From: Pseudomonadota bacterium
GTDB taxonomy: Bacteria > Bdellovibrionota > FAC87 > UBA2466
Assembly (NCBI GenBank): GCA_043767805.1
Contig: JAYUGC010000151.1
Location: 1 to 24,538 of the forward strand
Direction of reading: 5' to 3'
DNA length: 24,538 bases
Shown here: positions 8,793-16,412 of the stretch, one piece after another
Layout: every line of letters starts with the position of its first letter
How positions within the stretch are numbered: position 1 is the first letter of the stretch
The notes under the pieces: generated by a model
Told to the model about the DNA's origin: nothing
What the model saw: only the letters and a program-made list of their open reading frames with translations
Database searches by the model: none
Made by a program: the position numbers and the translations under genes

Positions 8793-9113
8793 ATGACCGT
8801 TTTAGTCCGCGCGCTCTGCCTGGTTTTGGTACTTTCCACCGCCCCGATTTTTGCCGCCGAGCCCGCCTCGGAGGCGAGTGTTCCCGACTTGGTGACTCTG
8901 GTGAGCGATATGGAAAAACTCTTGGCGCTAGGTCTTCCCTGTCCTGTCGGCGAGGCCCAGCCTGATGCCGAATGGCGGGCTTGCGTGGAACGCTGGGAGA
9001 ATTTGAAGACGGAAGAGCTGTATCAGCCGCTCGTCGCGCGCCCGGCGCGCGGAGTGGCGAGCGAGCCGCGCGAGGCGGACGCGGAAGTCGGCGCTCCGGC
9101 CCACGAAAACTAA
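8793..9113 (+). CDS. Hypothetical small secreted protein
   Basis: Signal-peptide-like N-terminus (RALCLVLVLSTAPIFA), acidic mature part with two Cys. Fills an otherwise empty gap. TATACT lies 7 nt before the ATG. Confidence 0.55.
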   Translation: MTVLVRALCLVLVLSTAPIFAAEPASEASVPDLVTLVSDMEKLLALGLPCPVGEAQPDAEWRACVERWENLKTEELYQPLVARPARGVASEPREADAEVGAPAHEN

Positions 9114-9602
9114 TTACTGCTCGATGCCGAAGAGCTTGCGGCCGTTGTTGTCGGCGGCGATGAAGATCGCATCCACGATTTTATCGCCGTAAAGCACGGC
9201 CACGAAGCGAAGGCCGCAAATCGTATAGGTCTGCGTCTCGATCTTCTCTCCCGACTCGGCGCTGGCTGGCTTTTGGCCCTTGGCGTCCCCGAGCTTCTCG
9301 TGCACTTCCTTGGTGAACTCCGGATCTTCTCCACCGGTCTGGATCTCTCCGGCGGCGCCTTTGAGCAGAATGGAATTCTTCAGCGCCGCCCAACGGTCGA
9401 GCTCGGATCGGTTACGGCCCACGATGTCGTTCATCTCGAACTTCTTGCAGTCGAGACCGAGACCTTCGGAAATCTTGATGTCGTTCTCGTAATCACTCTG
9501 GGTGTAGCGGCGCGACCGCACTTTCCAGCTGAAATAAACGAAAACGCTAATCAGGGCGACGAGAGCGAAGACGACGATGCGGTATTGCTTCAGCTTTTGC
9601 AT
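9114..9602 (-). CDS. Hypothetical membrane-anchored protein
   Basis: N-terminal TM (IVVFALVALISVFVYFSW) followed by a soluble domain with two Cys. Extended -10 TGCTAGAAT upstream. Stop abuts the stop of the 8793 gene. Confidence 0.65.
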   Translation of the reverse strand: MQKLKQYRIVVFALVALISVFVYFSWKVRSRRYTQSDYENDIKISEGLGLDCKKFEMNDIVGRNRSELDRWAALKNSILLKGAAGEIQTGGEDPEFTKEVHEKLGDAKGQKPASAESGEKIETQTYTICGLRFVAVLYGDKIVDAIFIAADNNGRKLFGIEQ

Positions 9603-9635
9603 TTATAAAGATTATTCTAGCACGACGGAGTTTTG

Positions 9636-9654
9636 TGGTGCACCCGGAGGGACT
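9636..9654 (-). repeat. Degenerate copy of a tRNA 3' end (part of T arm, acceptor strand, CCA)
   Basis: Plus-strand TGGTGCACCCGGAGGGACT versus the tRNA's TGGTGCGGCCGGAGGGACT (9675-9693): 17/19 identical, separated by 20 nt. Confidence 0.7.
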
Positions 9655-9674
9655 GGCCTTCGGCCGGTTCATAA

Positions 9675-9758
9675 TGGTGCGGCCGGAGGGACTTGAACCC
9701 CCACGGGTTTCCCCATATGGTTCTAAGCCATACGTGTCTACCATTTCACCACGGCCGC
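9675..9758 (-). tRNA. tRNA-Leu (anticodon TAG)
   Basis: Reverse complement GCGGCCG TG GTGAAATGGTAGACAC G TATGG CTTAGAA CCATA TGGGGAAACCCGT GGGGGTTCAAGTCCCTC CGGCCGC ACCA. 7-bp acceptor stem, TAG anticodon, long variable arm, GTTCAA T loop, encoded CCA, 84 nt. Confidence 0.96.
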
Positions 9759-9767
9759 GGAGTCACG

Positions 9768-9796
9768 AAGATATTTTTGACCGGTCCCAAAGGCAA
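9768..9796 (-). promoter_or_regulatory. Putative sigma70 promoter of tRNA-Leu
   Basis: Minus-strand TTGCCT-N17-TATCTT ending 9 nt upstream of the tRNA 5' end. Confidence 0.6.
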
Positions 9797-9814
9797 GAGG
9801 TAAACCCTGCCTCC

Positions 9815-10498
9815 ATGGCCAAAGCGAATCGAAAAGGTCCGAAACCGCCCTCGCCCGAGGAAATTAAGGCGGTCTTCGAGGCCCTTTCCGCTCTCTATCC
9901 CGACATCGAGACCGAGCTCACGTACCGCAACCCCTTCGAGCTTCTGGTGGCCGTGATTCTCTCCGCCCAATGCACGGACGTCCGGGTGAATCTCACTACG
10001 CCGGCGCTTTTCGCCAAGTACCCGACACCCGCAAAGCTCGCGGCCGCCAAACCGGCGGAGGTTGAGAAACTCATCCACTCGTGCGGCTTTTACCGCGCCA
10101 AGACCAAAAACATCATCGCCTGCGCCCGCTCTCTCGTCGAAAACTTCGGCGGCGAAGTCCCAAAGACCCTCGAGGAGCTCATCACTTTGGGCGGGGTCGG
10201 ACGGAAGACCGCGAGCGTCGTCCTCAATCAGGCTCACGGCTTACCGGCCATTGCCGTCGATACCCATGTAAAGCGCGTCGCAAACCGCCTTGGCTGGGCT
10301 CATTGCGAAGACCCGGTTAAGATTGAATGGCAACTGAGAGAGCTCCTACCCGAAAACCTCTGGGCCACGGTAAACGGCTTATTCATTTTCCACGGGCGCC
10401 GGCTCTGCAAATCGCGAAAGCCACTCTGCGCCGAGTGCCCCGTCACCACCCACTGTGCTTTTTTTCAGGCCCTGCCCGCCCGCCAAAAGGCTCATTGA
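9815..10498 (+). CDS. nth: Endonuclease III
   Basis: NPFELLVAVILSAQCTD, HhH motif LGGVGRKTA, VDTHV, and [4Fe-4S] motif C-x6-C-x2-C-x5-C (CKSRKPLCAECPVTTHC). Start set at ATG 9815 because the longer ORF overlaps the tRNA. Confidence 0.95.
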   Translation: MAKANRKGPKPPSPEEIKAVFEALSALYPDIETELTYRNPFELLVAVILSAQCTDVRVNLTTPALFAKYPTPAKLAAAKPAEVEKLIHSCGFYRAKTKNIIACARSLVENFGGEVPKTLEELITLGGVGRKTASVVLNQAHGLPAIAVDTHVKRVANRLGWAHCEDPVKIEWQLRELLPENLWATVNGLFIFHGRRLCKSRKPLCAECPVTTHCAFFQALPARQKAH

Positions 10499-10537
10499 TA
10501 AGTGCGCCCGCAGTGACTAGACTTTTTTGAACACCTC

Positions 10538-11164
10538 ATGCGAGACCTCCAGCTAGAAAAGATCGCGGCCAAGTACTACGACGCCTCCCTGCCCTATCAT
10601 AATTTTGGGCATATCGAGGACGCGCTGGAGGCCGGCGAATCGATACTCGCTCAGTGCCGCGCGAGCCACCAAAAGCTCGATGAAGCGGCGGTGTATTACG
10701 CCATCCTCTTTCACGACGCCGGCTATCAAGAAGATCACCGGGCCAAGGGATTTGCTTCAAAGGAAGAGTACTCGGCCAAGCTCGCTGAAAAAGCTTTGAG
10801 CGAGATCAAAGTGTCCGCCGCGACGATGCAGCTTGCTTGCGAGGCCATCCGCGCGACCCGTAAGGGATACGAAGGAGAGCCGACGAAAGAAGCTCAGGCG
10901 GTTCGCGCCGCGGACTTGGCTCAGCTCGCGGCAGAGTATCCCGTGTTCAAGACGAACACCGTGCATCTCTGGAGAGAGCAGGAAAAGATGAACGGCAAAA
11001 AAATTTCGTGGCCGGAATGGCGCCGCCGGGCCATTAAAGACGTCGAGCACTTCCTGGACACGCTCTTTTTTGTGGCGCCCGGTCAGGAGAAGCCCCAGTT
11101 CGAGCCGTTCCTCCGTCAAGCCCGCGCCAACCTCGCCACCCTCTCCGAAGACGACACCTTCTAA
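10538..11164 (+). CDS. HD-superfamily metal-dependent phosphohydrolase
   Basis: LPYHNFGH...AILFHDAGY...EEYSA...AADL, the H..HD..D pattern. Standalone domain. Confidence 0.75.
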   Translation: MRDLQLEKIAAKYYDASLPYHNFGHIEDALEAGESILAQCRASHQKLDEAAVYYAILFHDAGYQEDHRAKGFASKEEYSAKLAEKALSEIKVSAATMQLACEAIRATRKGYEGEPTKEAQAVRAADLAQLAAEYPVFKTNTVHLWREQEKMNGKKISWPEWRRRAIKDVEHFLDTLFFVAPGQEKPQFEPFLRQARANLATLSEDDTF

Positions 11165-11182
11165 AAGCGCGCTCCTTCAGGG

Positions 11183-12295
11183 TCAAAGGGTGAGGCGGAC
11201 GAGGATTTGGATCGCGTTTTCGGAAGCGCCGGCGCCGTCGTCCAAATGCTCGAGATAAGAAAAGACGCGAACGCCGCGGAACGGATCGAAGACGGGACCG
11301 GCCTGAACCCGATTCACCTTCGCCTCGATCGCGGGCGAGTAGCGTAAGGCCTCGGCGCGGAAGTAGCCCTTGAACCATTCCGTCAGCCCGATATAGGCCG
11401 TGCCTGTCACGCCGAGTGCGGCCACGCCTCGCGACGAGTCCACTAAACGCCCGGATACGACGTCAAACTCGAGCATCGAGCCTTCGCCTATGGCAAGAGA
11501 AGCAAATACATGCCCCACGTTGTTGGAGATGTAATTCACGCTTCCCGGATCCGACTGCCGGGAGGAGTACCCGGAGACGCCGAAGTTCAGAGTCGACGTG
11601 GAGGTAAGCCCCCAGTGAAACACGACCGAGCCGGTGAACGCTTTTGCGTTGTTCGTATTCAAGGCGACGATGCCGCTACCGTTGAAGAGGCCCAAGGAAA
11701 TATCGATGAGCCCCGGCACCGGGCGGTAGGTGATTTCCGTGCCGAGCTCCCGAAACAAAAGCGTAGCCTGGTGCGTGCGCGCGTAATCGGGGATGGGCAG
11801 GTCGGCGAGATCCGAGCTGAAAAACGGCGAAAGCGTGGGCGCGAACATGCCGGCCTTCCAAAGAATCGTCGCCTCTGACTTCCAGGAATTTCTGCCCGCG
11901 TCCCGAAATTGAACCCAAGCATCCACCGGAAGGACCTGCGGAATCAAAACAGAAGAGAACTCCCGGCTAGGCGCCAAGGACAAGCGGTAATCGACGTAGC
12001 GTGCGATCTCGCCCGAGACGTTGAGACGAAGCCCCGGCAATGAAAAGCCCTGATCGATGGGGCGGCCAGCGGAAAATCCGATATCGGTACGAAGCCCGAC
12101 CACGAGAAGCTGGGCGGCGGCGGTATCGTCGGCAAGGGTCTCTTTGACCTTAGCTTGAGTCACGCCGGCGCCGGAGGTGAGCGCCGGAGCGTCTTCAATT
12201 TCTCCGTCAGACTCTTGAGACCAGGCCGTCACAGCGCCCGCGGTAAGCAGGCATAGTCCCAATAGCAAACGTCCCATTCGCATCTGTATCCTCAA
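11183..12295 (-). CDS. Putative porin / outer-membrane beta-barrel (OprO/OprP-like)
   Basis: Signal peptide (GRLLLGLCLLTAGAVTAWS), RLNVSG, DAWVQF, WKAGMF, SLGLFNGSG, amphipathic strands, terminal IQILVRLTL. TTG start overlaps the pilS stop; ATGs at 12283 and 12277 are alternatives. Confidence 0.6.
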   Translation of the reverse strand: MRIQMRMGRLLLGLCLLTAGAVTAWSQESDGEIEDAPALTSGAGVTQAKVKETLADDTAAAQLLVVGLRTDIGFSAGRPIDQGFSLPGLRLNVSGEIARYVDYRLSLAPSREFSSVLIPQVLPVDAWVQFRDAGRNSWKSEATILWKAGMFAPTLSPFFSSDLADLPIPDYARTHQATLLFRELGTEITYRPVPGLIDISLGLFNGSGIVALNTNNAKAFTGSVVFHWGLTSTSTLNFGVSGYSSRQSDPGSVNYISNNVGHVFASLAIGEGSMLEFDVVSGRLVDSSRGVAALGVTGTAYIGLTEWFKGYFRAEALRYSPAIEAKVNRVQAGPVFDPFRGVRVFSYLEHLDDGAGASENAIQILVRLTL

Positions 12296-14067
12296 GCGCT
12301 CTGCAGAAAAATTTCAAACCGGGTGCCCGCCTGGGGCTTCGACTTCACGCGAATTTCGCCATGAAGGGCTTCGACAATCTTGTAAGACGTGGCGAGACCT
12401 AAGCCCGTACCGCGATCCTTCGTCGTGAAAAAGGGCTCATAGAGGTGAGCAAGCACCTCTTCGGACATGCCCTGCCCTTGATCCTCGACCCAAAGCCGCA
12501 CGCGGTTGCCAGCGGCGGAAGCACAGCCCACTTCGATCCGACCGGGCTTATCCATGGCTTGCAGAGCGTTCACGAGAAGATTCCACATGACCTGCTTCAG
12601 CTTCTCCGCGTTCGCAGACGCCACCACTTGGCCCTCGAAAGTCTCGACGAGCTCCACGCCCGGCTTGAACTCCTTCGAGTTTCTGAGCTGCGAGACGAGG
12701 TCGGAACAAAGCTTGTTCAAGGAGACTTCCTCGATCTTCGGCCGCGCGGGCTTAACGAAATCGAGGAACTCGCTAATGAGATTGTTCAGCCGATCAATCT
12801 CGCGGACGGCGATGTCCATGAGCTTTTGATTCTCGGCTTCCGAGGTGCTGGACATCGAAGTGCGCAGGAGCTGAATGCTGCCGCTCATGCTGGCCAGGGG
12901 ATTGCGAATCTCGTGCGCGATGCCCGCCGCGAGCTTTCCGACGGCGGCGAGCTTCTCATTCTGTTTCAACTTGTCTTCCAGATGGAGAAGCTTGGTGACG
13001 TCTTGGAACAAGAGCACCTTCGCGCCCCGCTGATCCGCGCTACGCATTAGACGGCCGAGAGGCGCATCCACGTCGAGCTCGGCTACGTCGCCGCGGAGCA
13101 GCTTCGCCTTGGCGCCCTTGCCCACTTCCACGGTTTGCTGAAGACGGGTCTTTTCGTTTTTCCGGGGGTGAACGAAATGGCTCGTATGAAACTCCGAGCG
13201 CGTCCGAGAGAGGGCCGTCGTCTCGTCGCGCGCCGGCTCGTTCTCGTCATCGGCGATGTCCTCGGCTTCGATCTGGGAGAAGAACGGAAGCAGTCCCGGC
13301 TCTATCTCGGCAAGCGGCTTACCGACGATTTCGATACGTCGGCGGCCCAAGATATTCTCGCCGGCCGGGTTCACGAAATTAATCCGCATCAGCCCGTCAA
13401 CGGTGAGCAGGCCCGTGGGAAGGTTCGAGATGACTTGCTCGTAAAACTGCTGGAGCTTTTCAATCTTGCGGCTCTCCTCGCGCAGACTTTCCGTCGTACG
13501 AAGGAGCTCTTCGCTCAAGTACCCGCCGATTACCCCTAGCGTGATGAAAAGCGCCGAGTAGATACCCCAAATGAGCCAGCCTTCCTGAGGCGGCCGGAGC
13601 CAGCACACCAAGCCGAAGCCCGCGCACGCGATGGCCGCTCCCAAGACCGCTCCCCGTTTATAGAAGGTGAGTGCGGCAAAGAGAATCTGAACTAAGTAGA
13701 GCAGCGCGAACAACGTTCCCTGCCCGTCCGAGAGCAAAATCCAATCGGAAATGACAACGGAATCAAACGCGATGTTCACCACCGCCAGCCCCCAATGCAT
13801 GGGAAGCCGGTTCAGCCAGATGGATTGTAAGAGATTGAACGCGAAGCTGAGCGCCAGAAGCGTGTAGCCGAAGTAGAGCGGCCGCTCCGGCACCGCCTGT
13901 CCGCGAAACACCTGATGCAGCACCACGCCGGCCAGCACGAGATACAGCACCGCCAGCCGAGCCATCATCAGGTACTGCAACGCCTCACGAGTGCCGCTGG
14001 ACGGAGGTAAGTCGAGCCCTAGCTCGAGTTTCCACCGCTGCAGGCTGCCCGTCAGGTGCTTGCGCAT
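12292..14067 (-). CDS. pilS: PilS-like sensor histidine kinase (TM-PAS-HisKA-HATPase)
   Basis: About 6 TM helices, PAS (NLPTGLLTVD..INFVNPAGE), H-box AAGIAHEIRNPL, N-box QVMWNLLVNALQA, DQGQG, FFTTK..GTGLGL. Directly after pilC. Confidence 0.8.
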   Translation of the reverse strand: MRKHLTGSLQRWKLELGLDLPPSSGTREALQYLMMARLAVLYLVLAGVVLHQVFRGQAVPERPLYFGYTLLALSFAFNLLQSIWLNRLPMHWGLAVVNIAFDSVVISDWILLSDGQGTLFALLYLVQILFAALTFYKRGAVLGAAIACAGFGLVCWLRPPQEGWLIWGIYSALFITLGVIGGYLSEELLRTTESLREESRKIEKLQQFYEQVISNLPTGLLTVDGLMRINFVNPAGENILGRRRIEIVGKPLAEIEPGLLPFFSQIEAEDIADDENEPARDETTALSRTRSEFHTSHFVHPRKNEKTRLQQTVEVGKGAKAKLLRGDVAELDVDAPLGRLMRSADQRGAKVLLFQDVTKLLHLEDKLKQNEKLAAVGKLAAGIAHEIRNPLASMSGSIQLLRTSMSSTSEAENQKLMDIAVREIDRLNNLISEFLDFVKPARPKIEEVSLNKLCSDLVSQLRNSKEFKPGVELVETFEGQVVASANAEKLKQVMWNLLVNALQAMDKPGRIEVGCASAAGNRVRLWVEDQGQGMSEEVLAHLYEPFFTTKDRGTGLGLATSYKIVEALHGEIRVKSKPQAGTRFEIFLQSA

Positions 14068-14071
14068 CCGC

Positions 14072-15307
14072 TTACATTGCCCCCGTAACTTTGTCGGCGA
14101 GCTGGAAGATCGGCATGTACATCGCGAGCATCATGAAGGCGATGAGGATACCGACCACCACGATCAAAGCCGGCTGAATGAGGCCGGTGAGATTGCCAAT
14201 GGCATCGTCCACCTCGTCGTCGAAAATGTCGGAGACCTTGCTCAAAAGCTCATCGAGCTTACCGGTCATTTCGCCGATGCCCACCATGTGAGTCACCATG
14301 GGCGGAAACACGCCATTTGACTTAAGGCCAGCCGCGATGGACTTGCCGTCCTGAACGAAGGTAGCCGCGTTCTTCACGGCCTGCTTGACGGCGAGATTCG
14401 ACATGAGCTGCTCACAGATCTCGAAGGCGCTAAGCAGAGGCACGCCCGTGCCGACGAGAGTCGACATGGTGCGCGTGAATTTGGCGACTTCCGATTTCTT
14501 GATGAGCGAGCCGAAGAGCGGCACCTTCAGAACGAAAGGATCCCAGACGGCACGGAACGCGGGGACTCGGTACAAAAAGGCCATCCCGCCGATCGACCCG
14601 AAAAACGTAACTAACACGTAGCCCCAGTTCGCCTGGAACCACATCGAAATACCCAAAACCAATTCGGTGAGCTCCGGAAGCTTCGCGGAAGACTCGGTAT
14701 AGAGCTTCGTGATCTCGGGAATGACTTTTACCAAGAGAAAAATCAAAACGGCCGTCGCCACAACGACGGTGATTAAGGGATAGGTGAGCGCGCTAATCAC
14801 TTTCGCGCGCAAGCGGCCCAATTTCTCGAGCTGAACGCCGATGCGGCGAAGGGCGAGATCGAGCGTTCCCGAAATTTCTCCCGACTCGACGATACGCACG
14901 AAGAAATCATTGAAAGCTTTCGGATGCCGCTTCAGGGCTTCCGCAAGCCCTTGGCCCGCTTCGATATCGGCCTTTACCCGGCCCAAGACGCGCTTAAAGG
15001 CGGGACGGCGCTCCTGCTCCCACAAGATGTCGAGCGCTTGCACGACGGGAATACCGGAATCGATGAGCGAGGAGAACTGGCGGGTAAAAATGAGCATACC
15101 CTTCAAATCAACCGGAGGACCGAACGAAAAATCACTTAAGTTACTGAAGGAGAAAGTGAAAGCCGAGGTGGCCTTGTTCTCGGTGAGATTCAGCGGACGG
15201 ATTTGCATCGCGCGCAGCTTCATCTGCGCTTCGATTTCGTCGACGGCATCCACGACGCCGTTGACCTGTTCCCGTTGGCGGGTGACGCCAGTGTAGTAAT
15301 ACTTCAT
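14072..15307 (-). CDS. pilC: Type IV pilus inner-membrane platform protein (GspF family)
   Basis: FTRQFSSLIDSGIP, GEISGTLD, ALTYP, GEMTGKLD, AMYMPIF. Three TM segments. Follows pilB-pilT. Confidence 0.93.
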   Translation of the reverse strand: MKYYYTGVTRQREQVNGVVDAVDEIEAQMKLRAMQIRPLNLTENKATSAFTFSFSNLSDFSFGPPVDLKGMLIFTRQFSSLIDSGIPVVQALDILWEQERRPAFKRVLGRVKADIEAGQGLAEALKRHPKAFNDFFVRIVESGEISGTLDLALRRIGVQLEKLGRLRAKVISALTYPLITVVVATAVLIFLLVKVIPEITKLYTESSAKLPELTELVLGISMWFQANWGYVLVTFFGSIGGMAFLYRVPAFRAVWDPFVLKVPLFGSLIKKSEVAKFTRTMSTLVGTGVPLLSAFEICEQLMSNLAVKQAVKNAATFVQDGKSIAAGLKSNGVFPPMVTHMVGIGEMTGKLDELLSKVSDIFDDEVDDAIGNLTGLIQPALIVVVGILIAFMMLAMYMPIFQLADKVTGAM

Positions 15308-15318
15308 TCAAGTCACCT

Positions 15319-16398
15319 TTAGCCGGCGCGACGGCGTAAGTCCGATAACGTTTTAATGAGGTCGTCTTGCTCGGGCGAAGCCTGCAAGGCCGAGTCATAC
15401 GTAATGACGCCCTTCTTGACCAAGTTCACCAGACACTGGTTCAGCGTAATCATGCCGCTCTTGTCCTGGCCGACGAGCATGGCGGAGGGAACTTGGAATA
15501 ACTTGTTCTCGCGAATGAGGTTTCGGATCGAAGGATTAGGAAGCATCAGCTCGTAAGCGAGCACCCGGCCCGCCCGGTCCGCGCGCTCGATGAGGGACTG
15601 GGTAATAATGCCTTCGAGCACCATCGACAGCTGTAAGCGCACCTGGTCCTGATACTCCGCCGGGAAAACCTGAATCATACGAGTAATGCTCTGATATGCG
15701 CTGTTGGTATGCAGAGTGCTCATCACCAAGTGACCCGTCTCGGCCAGGGTCAAAGCCGTCTCGATGGTGTCGCGATCTCTCATCTCGCCCACGAGAACGA
15801 CGTCGGGATCTTCACGAAGAGCGGCTTTCAAGGCGGCGGTGAAGCTCGTCGCGTCCTGGCCGATCTCGCGCTGGTTGATGAGGCACGAGCGATGGGAGTG
15901 AATGTACTCGATCGGATCTTCGATGGTGACGATGTGCAGGTGATCGGAATCGTTGAGCGCATCGATCATCGAGGCCAAGGTCGTGGACTTGCCACTACCG
16001 GTGGCGCCCGTGATGAGCACCAGACCACGCGGTTTTCTCATGAGCTGCTCGAGAATGGGCGGAAGACCCAGCTGCTGGAGCTTCGGAATCTCGAAAGGGA
16101 TGTGACGGAAGGCGCCAGCGACGGCACCGCGCTGATAGAAAACGTTCGCGCGGAAACGGGCGAGGTCGCGGATACCGAACGAGAAGTCGAGCTGCTTCTG
16201 CTCCTCGAACTGGGCTTTCTGCTGGTCGGTGAGCACCGAGTAGCATAGCTCCTTGGTGTCGGTCGGGGTCAGGCCGCCCGTTTTTGCTTTGAGGATCTGA
16301 CCGTGCACGCGGAAAGTCGGCGGGCTACCGCTGGTCACGTGCATGTCGGATGCCTTGTTGTCGAGCATCGCCTTCAAGAGCTGAGGTAGCGTCATCAT
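15319..16398 (-). CDS. pilT: Type IV pilus retraction ATPase
   Basis: ASDMH, RFRANVF, Walker A GATGSGKSTT, TIEDPIE, LREDPDVVLVGEMRD, AETGHLV.STLHT, SIRNLIRE (AIRNLIRE motif). Confidence 0.95.
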   Translation of the reverse strand: MMTLPQLLKAMLDNKASDMHVTSGSPPTFRVHGQILKAKTGGLTPTDTKELCYSVLTDQQKAQFEEQKQLDFSFGIRDLARFRANVFYQRGAVAGAFRHIPFEIPKLQQLGLPPILEQLMRKPRGLVLITGATGSGKSTTLASMIDALNDSDHLHIVTIEDPIEYIHSHRSCLINQREIGQDATSFTAALKAALREDPDVVLVGEMRDRDTIETALTLAETGHLVMSTLHTNSAYQSITRMIQVFPAEYQDQVRLQLSMVLEGIITQSLIERADRAGRVLAYELMLPNPSIRNLIRENKLFQVPSAMLVGQDKSGMITLNQCLVNLVKKGVITYDSALQASPEQDDLIKTLSDLRRRAG

Positions 16399-16412
16399 GG
16401 GGCAGTGTCTCC

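Noticed and set aside
9635..9814. 60-aa N-terminal extension of Nth in the ORF track, with an apparent MVxPEGL repeat
   Set aside because: It is the antisense reading of tRNA-Leu and its duplicated 3' end; the likely start is ATG 9815.
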